Position numbers and translations under genes: made by a program. Shown one piece after another: positions 1 to 9,020 of a DNA stretch of 64,000 nucleotides. Numbering within the stretch: the first letter of the stretch is position 1; the number at the start of each line of letters is the position of its first letter. The notes beneath the pieces were generated by a model, which saw only the letters and a program-made list of their open reading frames with translations, was not told the DNA's origin and searched no databases. Source of the stretch: Thermoplasmatales archaeon (GTDB taxonomy: Archaea > Thermoplasmatota > Thermoplasmata > Thermoplasmatales > Thermoplasmataceae); NCBI GenBank assembly GCA_027310185.1, contig DAIDBH010000019.1, positions 96,001 through 160,000 on the forward strand. The letters are read 5' to 3'.

Positions 1-348
1 AAGTTCTTGAGAAGGGCATATTCGAAAGTTAATGAGGATTGGGTGAAAGCCGCTCTGGAAATGGGTGAAAAGTGTTTTGCATGTGAGGTAGATAACCGGA
101 TCGTGGGCATGGGCTGGATTTCTTCATTCTTGAAGGTAGCAAGATTGCATAGCCTGTATGTTGACCCTGGATACAGGCATATTTCCATCGGAAAGGATCT
201 ATTGATATCCAGGTTGTATTATGCAGTTCAATGGGGCATGAATGCGGTCACATCAGAAATTCCTGAGCAAAGTATCTATTCACAGAAAATAGCAACTGAC
301 CAGGGCTTTAAAATAGAAGGCATTCTGTATAACTACCGGCGATCATAA
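1..348 (+). CDS. GNAT family N-acetyltransferase (probably 5'-truncated by window edge)
   Basis: Motif A-like LHSLYVDPGYRHISIGKDL and C-terminal SQKIATDQGF. Confidence 0.75.
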   Translation, partial: KFLRRAYSKVNEDWVKAALEMGEKCFACEVDNRIVGMGWISSFLKVARLHSLYVDPGYRHISIGKDLLISRLYYAVQWGMNAVTSEIPEQSIYSQKIATDQGFKIEGILYNYRRS

Positions 349-364
349 TATACAGAGTAAACCT

Positions 365-1408
365 TTAATTCCTTGGTGCCCCACAGTAAGGACACTTCTC
401 TGCCGTAGAGTCAATGAGTGCACCACAGTACTGACATTTGACCTTAACGACTTCCTTTATCACAACCTGTTCTGTTTCCTTGGATTCAGGGTTTAAGTGT
501 ATATCAGTTTTGTTTTTATCTTCATTGTTTTCAGTCATTCTTAAATTACCTCCACTGGTTGAATGTTTCTTTATCTTATTTTTATTTCCCTTATTGACAG
601 CCAATGCTATTATTACTATTACTGCAAGAATGAATACCAGAACTAAAGCAAGTTCCAAATATGGAAAGGGTGCCGATTTCTGGTTATTCACTGTTATTGG
701 AGAGATGCTGACACCATAGCTTGAATCCTTTACATACAGGGTATTCGTACAGGTGAATCCATCTCCATGTCCGTTTGAATCTACCTCCTTGTAATTATAA
801 GCGACTATGAATCCGGAAGATTTATCATAATAGGCGTTCCAGGTATAGGTTGCATTGAAGATACCAAAGGGATCATTCCTTACATACGTCCCGTTTCCCT
901 GTAGATATATAGTCGTAATATCGCCATTAGTTCCACCAGGTGAATAAGTGTAATCAGTGGAGACAACTTTCATTTCAGTGTTCAGGACCTCTTTTTCTCC
1001 ATTGACAGGAATGGACACATTTGTATAAAACCAAACATGTGGATTTACGTAACCTGTTTCGTTATCCGTCTCATATGTATAACTGCAGTTTTTGCTAGAA
1101 AATGTGAAATTTCCCCTGGCCATCTGGTTATTAAAATAATTGTAATCACTCGATCTCACTGCACAAGAATAATTATAATCCATTGATACTCTCTGCTCCT
1201 GTAGCAACTGAGTAACCGATTCTGTCCCATTTACCCATGCATTACAGTAATAGCCACTGTAATTTCCCTTGCCATCATTTACCTGGATATATTCATCATA
1301 ATTGAAAAATGCCCCCTTTTGCGGTTCCGTCTGCACATGCGCAACTGGAAGAACCAAACTTATGAATGCAATAAGGATAAACGCTGAAATAATGTGTGTT
1401 CGAATCAT
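365..1408 (-). CDS. Membrane-anchored protein: signal peptide, extracellular beta-rich domain, TM helix, cytoplasmic C-terminal zinc ribbon
   Basis: Start moved to ATG 1408 (ATGA overlap with upstream stop). Hydrophobic N-terminus, TM LELALVLVFILAVIVIIALAV, C-terminal CQYC...CPYC. Confidence 0.7.
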   Translation of the reverse strand: MIRTHIISAFILIAFISLVLPVAHVQTEPQKGAFFNYDEYIQVNDGKGNYSGYYCNAWVNGTESVTQLLQEQRVSMDYNYSCAVRSSDYNYFNNQMARGNFTFSSKNCSYTYETDNETGYVNPHVWFYTNVSIPVNGEKEVLNTEMKVVSTDYTYSPGGTNGDITTIYLQGNGTYVRNDPFGIFNATYTWNAYYDKSSGFIVAYNYKEVDSNGHGDGFTCTNTLYVKDSSYGVSISPITVNNQKSAPFPYLELALVLVFILAVIVIIALAVNKGNKNKIKKHSTSGGNLRMTENNEDKNKTDIHLNPESKETEQVVIKEVVKVKCQYCGALIDSTAEKCPYCGAPRN

Positions 1409-2895
1409 CCTGAAAATCCACCAACTGAGTGTATATGTGCTGGATGAACTCCACCTATACCACTGAATGTGGAATAGTAGCAACCCTGTACCATCAGCAT
1501 TGGCAAAAAGAATGGGAACAGGAATGGGGAAGGCATATAGTAGAAATGATAGGGCGTATTTGTAACGGTTGCCTTTGAGTCTACGTTAGTAATCAGCTCA
1601 TTCCTTATTCCATGCACCAGGCTCACTGCAGCTGCCATTATTTCTGATCTTTCAAATCCTGCAACATTATTTTCAAGAATGTTATATGCCTTTGAAAGAA
1701 GATCTAGCGTCTCGTTTGATTCCATGACAGGTACTGTGGCCACAACCGTAGAGGCTACCAGCGGATACTCCAGATAGTTTTTAATTGCATCAATTATCAC
1801 CGAGAGTTTATCCTTTATTTCATCGGGCTGTAATTCTGATATGGCAACATACGCAGAGGACAATTCCATATCTTCCGATTCATCATAGCCCCACTGTGAA
1901 AAAATTGCCTTCATTTTCACAAATTTATCTCTGGTATCGTTTACATCCTTGTTGATTGAAGCCATGATTGCAGCAGACTCATATGAAGGCGTTATTTTTC
2001 TGAACTCATCCAGATTATCAAATGGATATGTTCCATCATATCGCCTGGATAAATAGATTATTGCTGCGACTGCTGTTGCTGATTCTCTCGGAATATGGCT
2101 CTCATGTCTTACTTTTTTGAACACTTCCGTGAACTCATCCATGTCGGATGCGATGTCCTTTCCTGATCCCGTCAGTATTTCAGTAGCCATCAGTCGGTTC
2201 TCCACGTTTTTTGTGAAAGAGCCCATATTTTCATAGACAGTGTGAAACTTATTCTCCATAACTGCAATATCATCCCTGAATTTAGCGAGACCAATTGCTG
2301 TGCTCAGAAGCGTTGATTTCTGCTCAACGTCGGGAATAGTGCCTTCAAGATATTCATAATAAATCTTGGCTGTCTTGACTATATCATTAAGCTGGTTCAT
2401 TGTTGTTGATATGTCCTTTTCATAATTCGTAAAATCCTCGTCAGAGAATCTATACAATCTTAATGCAAGATCGTGGACACACAATTTACCCTTGTCTGTC
2501 AGAAATATGTACATCTGATTGTATGGAACAAGACTATTGAGGAGTGATTTCTTAGACATCAATTGATTAAGTCTGTCTTCCTCTGACTTTTCTGTCTTAT
2601 ATACATCCTGAACCTCTGTTTCCTGCTTCTGGACCTCTCCCTCAAGTTCCTCTTTCTTAGCTTTTTTCTCCAGATGGAACTTTATTGAATGCTCCTTCTG
2701 CTCCTCTTCTTCCAGTTCTGCTCTTTCTTTCTGAAATTCTTCCTTTTCAGTTGAAATCTGTTTGGATAACTCTTCCATTTGAGAGATCTCACTTTTCAAT
2801 TCATCATAATCATCCTTGCTGTATATGTTCAGGTAATTCTGTTCCTTCAGATAATTCAAGCTCTGTGTATCAATTGTTGTGTCCAGCTTTCCCAT
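1405..2895 (-). CDS. Hypothetical helical protein (N-terminal coiled coil, DUF4003-like helical repeats)
   Basis: 496 aa ORF; E/K-rich coiled coil at about aa 28-118; repeated helices ending in small-residue motifs such as AVAAIIYLS, SAAIMAS, SSAYVAIS. Confidence 0.55.
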   Translation of the reverse strand: MGKLDTTIDTQSLNYLKEQNYLNIYSKDDYDELKSEISQMEELSKQISTEKEEFQKERAELEEEEQKEHSIKFHLEKKAKKEELEGEVQKQETEVQDVYKTEKSEEDRLNQLMSKKSLLNSLVPYNQMYIFLTDKGKLCVHDLALRLYRFSDEDFTNYEKDISTTMNQLNDIVKTAKIYYEYLEGTIPDVEQKSTLLSTAIGLAKFRDDIAVMENKFHTVYENMGSFTKNVENRLMATEILTGSGKDIASDMDEFTEVFKKVRHESHIPRESATAVAAIIYLSRRYDGTYPFDNLDEFRKITPSYESAAIMASINKDVNDTRDKFVKMKAIFSQWGYDESEDMELSSAYVAISELQPDEIKDKLSVIIDAIKNYLEYPLVASTVVATVPVMESNETLDLLSKAYNILENNVAGFERSEIMAAAVSLVHGIRNELITNVDSKATVTNTPYHFYYMPSPFLFPFFLPMLMVQGCYYSTFSGIGGVHPAHIHSVGGFSG

Positions 2896-2937
2896 GGACG
2901 TTTCTTTCAGAAAGTTGTAAATATCAAGAGATTTAAT

Positions 2938-4113
2938 CTATTTCACCTTATTTAGCATTGTAAAACTGCTATTTAAATTATCATTTTTTAGGTCATTTCT
3001 AATTATAAGGTCAACTCTTCCATTGTTTTCATCCAGTTCTATGTATTTGTCATTTTCTGTTGCCCTCTCCAGAATCGTTTGCAACTGTGTTCTTCTCTCT
3101 ATGGGCGTACCGAATCTCCTGATCCTTTCCTCGTCAATTCTGGCATAGGCATACATCAGCTCATAGAGCGATCTATAAAATTGATCTGTTATGGTTTCCC
3201 TTATCTTTTCTTCCAGCACATACCTTCTCTCAACGCCTTCAAGATCAACAAAGAAGATTGTGCCATCACCTGAAAGAACTGCATCTTTGTCCAGCCAAAC
3301 GTCAAAGAAATCAAGTCCTGAATAGATCCTGTCATCTTCTTTCTTAAGCGTTCTTGAAAACGCTGTAAGAGCTGCCAGTCCAGATTTCATGAAATTCACC
3401 ATGAATTCCGTGGAAGTACTGTTATCCTTAATATTGAAAATTTCAAAGACCTTGTTGATATTATTTCCCACAGTACTTGAAGAATGAAAATACAGTCTTA
3501 TGTTTGAAGGCAGCAACCTTAGTTCCTGAACTATGTCGCCATCATATTTTCTGTACCAGTAAAGTTCTCTTGTTCTTTCCTGGAGTTCTTTCTCCATTGA
3601 TACTATTCCGATCAAGGGAGCTATCCTGAACCCGTTTATTGAGGTTGGATCAGCCATTTCAGAAGTATTCATTGCAATTCTGGCAAGTTCTAGACCCTGA
3701 CCACCGTATGGGGAACCTCTGAGCCATGTTTCGCCGGTAATGAACCTGTTTCCACGATACCCGGAGCCTTCTATCTTCTTCCTGAACTCAGGATCATCCG
3801 TAAGATCACCCACATTATAAATGTTGAGTGGTTCTAGGGAATATGGATCAACCGTTGATCCAACACCCTTGATTGAAAGAAAGAAATCTGTCTGGTCGAT
3901 GGTGCAAACAGGTCCGGGTCTTATGGCACCTCTATTATCATCTTCTACAAATGAGATTGGGGTCATATTCTTATACTGTTCAATATTGATTATTGACTCT
4001 GGTAAATAAAATCTGTCAATGTCACCAAGATCATAATTCAAAAATTTTTTGCTCCTTATTTTATACGAGGGTTCCTGGGGATACAGAATCAGCTCTTTTC
4101 CCAATATGTTCAT
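2938..4113 (-). CDS. Hypothetical protein with SelO/protein-kinase-like motifs
   Basis: 391 aa ORF; DNRGAI, SIKGVGSTVDPYS, DKDAVLSGDGTIFFVDLE. Confidence 0.5.
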   Translation of the reverse strand: MNILGKELILYPQEPSYKIRSKKFLNYDLGDIDRFYLPESIINIEQYKNMTPISFVEDDNRGAIRPGPVCTIDQTDFFLSIKGVGSTVDPYSLEPLNIYNVGDLTDDPEFRKKIEGSGYRGNRFITGETWLRGSPYGGQGLELARIAMNTSEMADPTSINGFRIAPLIGIVSMEKELQERTRELYWYRKYDGDIVQELRLLPSNIRLYFHSSSTVGNNINKVFEIFNIKDNSTSTEFMVNFMKSGLAALTAFSRTLKKEDDRIYSGLDFFDVWLDKDAVLSGDGTIFFVDLEGVERRYVLEEKIRETITDQFYRSLYELMYAYARIDEERIRRFGTPIERRTQLQTILERATENDKYIELDENNGRVDLIIRNDLKNDNLNSSFTMLNKVK

Positions 4114-4289
4114 GACTGATATGATGCTCGAATTGCTTAAAAATATTCCATAACCTTATCTTAAGCATTAACCACTGATGAATTATTTCATGAATTAACA
4201 ATCAATGTTATGGTTTAGTGAATTCCTTTCAACAGCTTCTTTCAAAAAGTCTTAAATTGTGAGTAAATATAACCGCCTGAGAAATAAGA

Positions 4290-4374
4290 GCGGAGGTTGC
4301 CGAGCTAGGTCAAAGGCGGCAGACTCAAGATCTGCTTCCGTAGGGGTTCGCCGGTTCGAATCCGGCCCTCCGCA
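4290..4374 (+). tRNA. tRNA-Leu(CAA)
   Basis: Acceptor GCGGAGG/CCTCCGC, anticodon arm GCAGA-CTCAAGA-TCTGC, long variable arm, GGTTCGAATCC T-loop. Confidence 0.95.
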
Positions 4375-4747
4375 TATCTGTAGACGGGTAATTGTGAAAG
4401 AATAATTTTACTTTCATCTCCGGATGAATTCTTCAATACATGCGAGCGAGAAGTCTCCTTTGTTGGAATGGGGAGGAGGTCACTTCCAATCTAGAGGAAT
4501 TTTTTTTGGTTAACAGGGCTTGGACACAGAGCCGATAAGATGACCGTTAAGCAGTATTCATATTCAACGTTGTTCATGTTTTGCTGTCTTTGTGTACATT
4601 GAAATGGCTTGGAATTTTACACTGATTGAGACATATTGCGGAGATAATATCATCGATGACAAGATTTCTAACAATTTTGTCAACACTTTTCTCAATTTTG
4701 GTGAATTTAATCTAACTATGACTAATTATGGCAATAAGGGTTTAATA

Positions 4748-4758
4748 TTTATATAAAA
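4748..4758 (+). promoter_or_regulatory. Putative TATA box of the lysW operon
   Basis: TTTATATAAAA about 95 nt upstream of the lysW start. Confidence 0.4.
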
Positions 4759-4850
4759 TAGACGCGATACAACAGAACAAATCTCAATGAATAACTGCAT
4801 CTCAGTAGAACTATTCATCAGGATTTTGTTTGGACTATGAGGTAATGAAA

Positions 4851-5024
4851 ATGGATATGGAATGTAAGATGTGCGGTGGAAAAGTTATAGCACCTGATGA
4901 TGCACTGAAGGGCGAGATCGTCAGCTGCGGGGATTGTGGACTGGACTATGAGATACAGGAGTTAGACAATGGAAACTTTTTCCTGAAAGTTGCAGAAAAT
5001 GTTAAAGAGGATTGGGGTGAATGA
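4851..5024 (+). CDS. lysW: Amino-group carrier protein LysW
   Basis: CKMC...CGDC zinc ribbon and C-terminal EDWGE; GAGGT SD 7 nt before ATG 4851. Confidence 0.95.
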   Translation: MDMECKMCGGKVIAPDDALKGEIVSCGDCGLDYEIQELDNGNFFLKVAENVKEDWGE

Positions 5025-5106
5025 ATCATTTCAATCCTGTTTTTCTTGGATCTCTTGTCCTTAGAAAAGTGAATGAAGCCTGCTGTTTTGAGTGAGGAAA
5101 TAGTAA

Positions 5107-6159
5107 TTGAAAACAGCAGGCATTGTAGGAGCATCTGGATATGTTGGTGGAGAGCTATTACGATTGCTTCTGATGCATAATGATATCCAGGTAAAGATAG
5201 CAACTTCCCAGCAACATTCTGGAGAGTTTGTTTTCAAGGTGCATCCAAACCTCAGGGGATTGACTGATCTGAGATTTTCTAACGAAACTCCGGAAGAGGC
5301 TGCATCAAAAGTGGACATTATTTTCATGGCTGTACCTCACGGTTCGTCCATCAAGCATGTTCCAGCAATGTCAGAGATGGGAACAAAAATTGTAGATATG
5401 AGCGCTGATTTCAGGTTCAGGAATCAAGCAGACTACCCCATCTGGTACGGGTGGGAACATCCAGCTCCAGACTTGCTAACAAAATTTGTCTATGGAATGC
5501 CAGAACTTCACAGGAAAGAACTGAAATCAGCACATTTTATTTCTGTTCCCGGGTGCATAGCGAGTTCATCGATTTACAGCCTTGCACCACTGGCAAAGGC
5601 CGGTCTTATAAATGGTGTGATAATAGTTGATGCTAAAATAGGTTCCTCAGGTTCTGGCAATAAACCATCGATGGCGACTCATTTCTCGGAAAGGTACAAT
5701 TCTGTCAGGATATACAGTCCCTCAGGCCACAGACACATTGGAGAAATTGAACAGGAACTTTCCATTGTTTCAGGTAACAGAATCACAGCCACCATGTCAG
5801 CTCACTCAGTTAACATGATTAGGGGAATTTTAACAACAAGCAATATATTTGTTGAAGGAGAGTTAAAAAATCAGGACCTGTGGAAAGCATACCGATCCAT
5901 GTATGGAGAGGAACCATTTGTCAGATTCGTTATGGATCCAACTGGGATTTACAAGTATCCAGATCCAAAGCTCGTGGTGGGCTCAAATTTCATAGATCTT
6001 GGATTCGTCATTGATCAGCATGTAAAGAGAATTGTTGCCATCGGATCAATAGACAATCTTATTAAGGGTGCAGCTGGAAATGCGATTCAATCAATGAACA
6101 TCATGGAAGGTTTCAATGAAAGAGAAGGATTAAGGATGTCTCCCATGCGGTTGGTGTGA
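5107..6159 (+). CDS. lysY: LysW-gamma-(aminoadipyl/glutamyl)-phosphate reductase (LysY/ArgC)
   Basis: GASGYVGGE, DMSADFR, catalytic VPGC, DNLIKGAAG. Confidence 0.92.
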   Translation: MKTAGIVGASGYVGGELLRLLLMHNDIQVKIATSQQHSGEFVFKVHPNLRGLTDLRFSNETPEEAASKVDIIFMAVPHGSSIKHVPAMSEMGTKIVDMSADFRFRNQADYPIWYGWEHPAPDLLTKFVYGMPELHRKELKSAHFISVPGCIASSSIYSLAPLAKAGLINGVIIVDAKIGSSGSGNKPSMATHFSERYNSVRIYSPSGHRHIGEIEQELSIVSGNRITATMSAHSVNMIRGILTTSNIFVEGELKNQDLWKAYRSMYGEEPFVRFVMDPTGIYKYPDPKLVVGSNFIDLGFVIDQHVKRIVAIGSIDNLIKGAAGNAIQSMNIMEGFNEREGLRMSPMRLV

Positions 6160-6162
6160 ATT

Positions 6163-6966
6163 ATGGTAACTGTCCTGAAACTGGGTGGAAGTCTTATGAA
6201 ATATGGCATTTCTGAGAGTTTGATCAACGATATTGCAGGGCAGAAGGATGACCAGTATATAGTAGTTCATGGTGGAGGTCCCGCAGTCACTGATCTCTGT
6301 AATAGATTAAACATGGAAACAAAATTTATCACCTCACCAGGTGGAATAAGGAGCAGATACACTGATGCCCAAACGATGCAGGCATACATGATGGCTATGC
6401 GTGGAAACATAAACGCATCGATAGTTATTGCACTTCAGAAAGCTGGAATGAATTCCTTCGGAATGTCTGGCATAGATGGACCTACTATTATTGCCGAGAG
6501 AAAAAAAAGACTGATAACAATAAATGAGAAGGGTAGAAGAATGTATATTGATGGTGGATACACAGGTAAGATACTCTCAGTGGATGGGAGATTCGTAAAG
6601 CATCTTCTTTCTGAAAAAGTGACTCCTGTAATCGCTCCAATTGCTGCTGGACTTGAACATGAATCTCTCAACGTTGATGGAGACAGAGCTGCATCTGCAA
6701 TTTCAGGGGAGCTGAAAGCCAACCGGATGATCCTTCTGACTGACGTTGATGGCATATTGTCCAATGGCAAATTGATCGATAAGCTGGACATTACAAAGGC
6801 TATGGAAATGCTGAAAATGGTTGGGAACGGAATGGATAAAAAGATCATGGCTGCGATTGAGTCCATAGTGGCTGGCACTTCTGAGGTGATTATTGCAAAT
6901 GGAAATGGACAGTTTCCGGTATCTAGTGCAATACATACAGATAAAAGGACGGTGATTACAAGATGA
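6163..6966 (+). CDS. lysZ: LysW-aminoadipate/glutamate kinase (LysZ/ArgB)
   Basis: VLKLGGS, VHGGG, SRYTD, LNVDGD, LTDVDG. Confidence 0.92.
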   Translation: MVTVLKLGGSLMKYGISESLINDIAGQKDDQYIVVHGGGPAVTDLCNRLNMETKFITSPGGIRSRYTDAQTMQAYMMAMRGNINASIVIALQKAGMNSFGMSGIDGPTIIAERKKRLITINEKGRRMYIDGGYTGKILSVDGRFVKHLLSEKVTPVIAPIAAGLEHESLNVDGDRAASAISGELKANRMILLTDVDGILSNGKLIDKLDITKAMEMLKMVGNGMDKKIMAAIESIVAGTSEVIIANGNGQFPVSSAIHTDKRTVITR

Positions 6967-8159
6967 TGAAAAATAGATATACTGAAGAAATTGAAGATCG
7001 TTACCTTGCAGGAACGTATCAGAAAATACAGGTTGTTGCTGCCAGAGCAATGGGTACAAAAATATGGGATCTGAATGGAAAGGAATACCTTGATTTCATG
7101 AGTGGATATGGAGTTGCAATTTTTGGGCATTCAAATGCTGCCATAAGAGAGGCAATACTAAAACAGCTGGATGAAGTTTACATTACACATTCATCGGTTT
7201 ACAGTCCAGCGAGGGCCAGATTTCTTAAGGAACTGATGAGTGTCACTCCCGCAGGACTGAACATGGCATATCTTTCAAACAGCGGGGCAGAAGCCGTTGA
7301 GGCTGCATTGAAGATTGCGGTGAAATCCACCGGGAGAAAGAAAATTATTAGCATGGAAAAAGCCTACCATGGCAAAACGATGGGTGCCCTATCAATAACC
7401 CATTCGACAAAATACAGGAAATCTTTTGAAGAAATGCTGATCCCTGGAGTTGAATTCGTAAAATTTGGTGACTATGAAGGTGTAAATGCACTGCTGAAAA
7501 AGGAGGATATTGCAGCTGTATTCATGGAACCAATTCAGGGGGAAGGAGGTATCAACCTCCCAGATCCTCAATTCCTCAGATCAGTCAGGGAATCAACATC
7601 CAGCTATGGAACACTCCTCGTCATGGATGAAATTCAATCAGGCCTTGGAAGAACTGGAAAAATGTGGGCCCATGAAAACTGGGATGTAACACCTGATATA
7701 ATGACCATAGGTAAAGGCATTGGAGGAGGTATACCAATGGGAGTCACGGTTGGAAAAAAAGAGTTTGTAGAAGTAATGGGAATTGGAGAGCAAAGCTCAA
7801 CAACAGGAGGAAACCCCTTATCATGTGCTGCTGGTGAAGTGGTCATAAAAGAATTAAAAAATGGGATGATGAAACAGGCTGGGGAAATGGGAAAATATAT
7901 ACTTCAAAGAATCAGGGAAGAGACCGATTCTCACCGTCTAGTGTCACAATCCCGAGGAATCGGGATGATGCTTGCAATGGAACTCAGGGTTAGATTTGTT
8001 CCGTTACTTATGGATATGATTGACAGGGGCCTTATCACTCTCTACTCAGGAATCAACACCATAAGGATGCTCCCACCTTACACCGTATCGAGGGATGAGG
8101 TCGATAGTGCTATAGAAATAATGAAGAAGGCACTGGATCATTCCATAAAGAATCAATAA
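6963..8159 (+). CDS. lysJ: Class III aminotransferase LysJ/ArgD
   Basis: NSGAEAVEAALK, YHGKT, DEIQSGLGRTG, GKGIGGG. Confidence 0.92.
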   Translation: MMKNRYTEEIEDRYLAGTYQKIQVVAARAMGTKIWDLNGKEYLDFMSGYGVAIFGHSNAAIREAILKQLDEVYITHSSVYSPARARFLKELMSVTPAGLNMAYLSNSGAEAVEAALKIAVKSTGRKKIISMEKAYHGKTMGALSITHSTKYRKSFEEMLIPGVEFVKFGDYEGVNALLKKEDIAAVFMEPIQGEGGINLPDPQFLRSVRESTSSYGTLLVMDEIQSGLGRTGKMWAHENWDVTPDIMTIGKGIGGGIPMGVTVGKKEFVEVMGIGEQSSTTGGNPLSCAAGEVVIKELKNGMMKQAGEMGKYILQRIREETDSHRLVSQSRGIGMMLAMELRVRFVPLLMDMIDRGLITLYSGINTIRMLPPYTVSRDEVDSAIEIMKKALDHSIKNQ

Positions 8160-8162
8160 AGA

Positions 8163-9020
8163 GTGATAAAAATGAAGATTTCAATGATATATGATACAGT
8201 TAGGTGGGAAGAAAAGTCGATCCATAAGGCTGCAGAACAGAAGGGAATAGAACTGAGCATGATAAATGTTAAGGAGATGGATATGGACTTCGATAGGCCT
8301 GTTCCTGATAGTTATGGAAATGTCACTCTGCAACGATGTACTTCATATTATCGCGGACTCCACTCAACAGCCTTTCTGGAATATAAGAAGCAAATGGTTG
8401 TGAATGATCTCAGAACAATAATCAACGCAGGAAACAAGATGTTAACATCCCTTGCTCTCGAAGCAAATGGCGTACCATCACCCTCAACATCAGTCTCAAC
8501 CAGTTACGAAACCGCAATGAAACAGTTTTCTGAAAAATTCAAAGGCAGAGCGGTTCTCAAACCTGTAACGGGTAGTTGGGGGAGGATGATTGCCCTGATG
8601 AATGACCCCGAAGCTGCAATGGCAATTCTTGAGGATAGGGAATACATGTATCCACTGTATTCAATCTTCTATATGCAGGAATATGTTAAAAGACCTCCAA
8701 GGGACATAAGAACTTTCGTCATAGGCAACAGGGTAGTAGGTGGAATGTACAGATATCAACCAGAAGGGGACTGGAGGACGAATGCAGCCATAGGAGGAAG
8801 GGCTGAAAAATGTGAAATTACTCCAGAAATTGAGAGCATTTCAATTAAGGCTGCACAGAGTGTTGGAAGTGGGATACTCGGGATAGACATAATGGAATCT
8901 GATCGTGGTTACCTGGTTCATGAAGTTAATAGCACAACTGAGTTCAAAACTATTGCAAGGGTTACGCAGATCGATATACCAGGTGAAATACTGGACTATC
9001 TCGTTGAGGTGGGAAGATGA
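8163..9020 (+). CDS. lysX: ATP-grasp LysW ligase (LysX/ArgX)
   Basis: KPVTGSWGR, QEYV, RDIR, WRTN, EVN..EFK; operon context. Confidence 0.9.
   Translation: MIKMKISMIYDTVRWEEKSIHKAAEQKGIELSMINVKEMDMDFDRPVPDSYGNVTLQRCTSYYRGLHSTAFLEYKKQMVVNDLRTIINAGNKMLTSLALEANGVPSPSTSVSTSYETAMKQFSEKFKGRAVLKPVTGSWGRMIALMNDPEAAMAILEDREYMYPLYSIFYMQEYVKRPPRDIRTFVIGNRVVGGMYRYQPEGDWRTNAAIGGRAEKCEITPEIESISIKAAQSVGSGILGIDIMESDRGYLVHEVNSTTEFKTIARVTQIDIPGEILDYLVEVGR

Noticed and set aside
438-719. Short antisense/overlapping ORFs in the track (e.g. 438-719, 6435-7130, 9724-10218, 50888-51295)
   Set aside because: Shadow frames of well-supported genes, with no motifs of their own
4440-4545. GC-richer patch with small hairpins (TTGGAA/TTCCAA, GGCT/AGCC) and a T-tract downstream of tRNA-Leu
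   Set aside because: Could be a terminator or mobile-element scar, but there is no second copy, terminal repeat or recognisable RNA family
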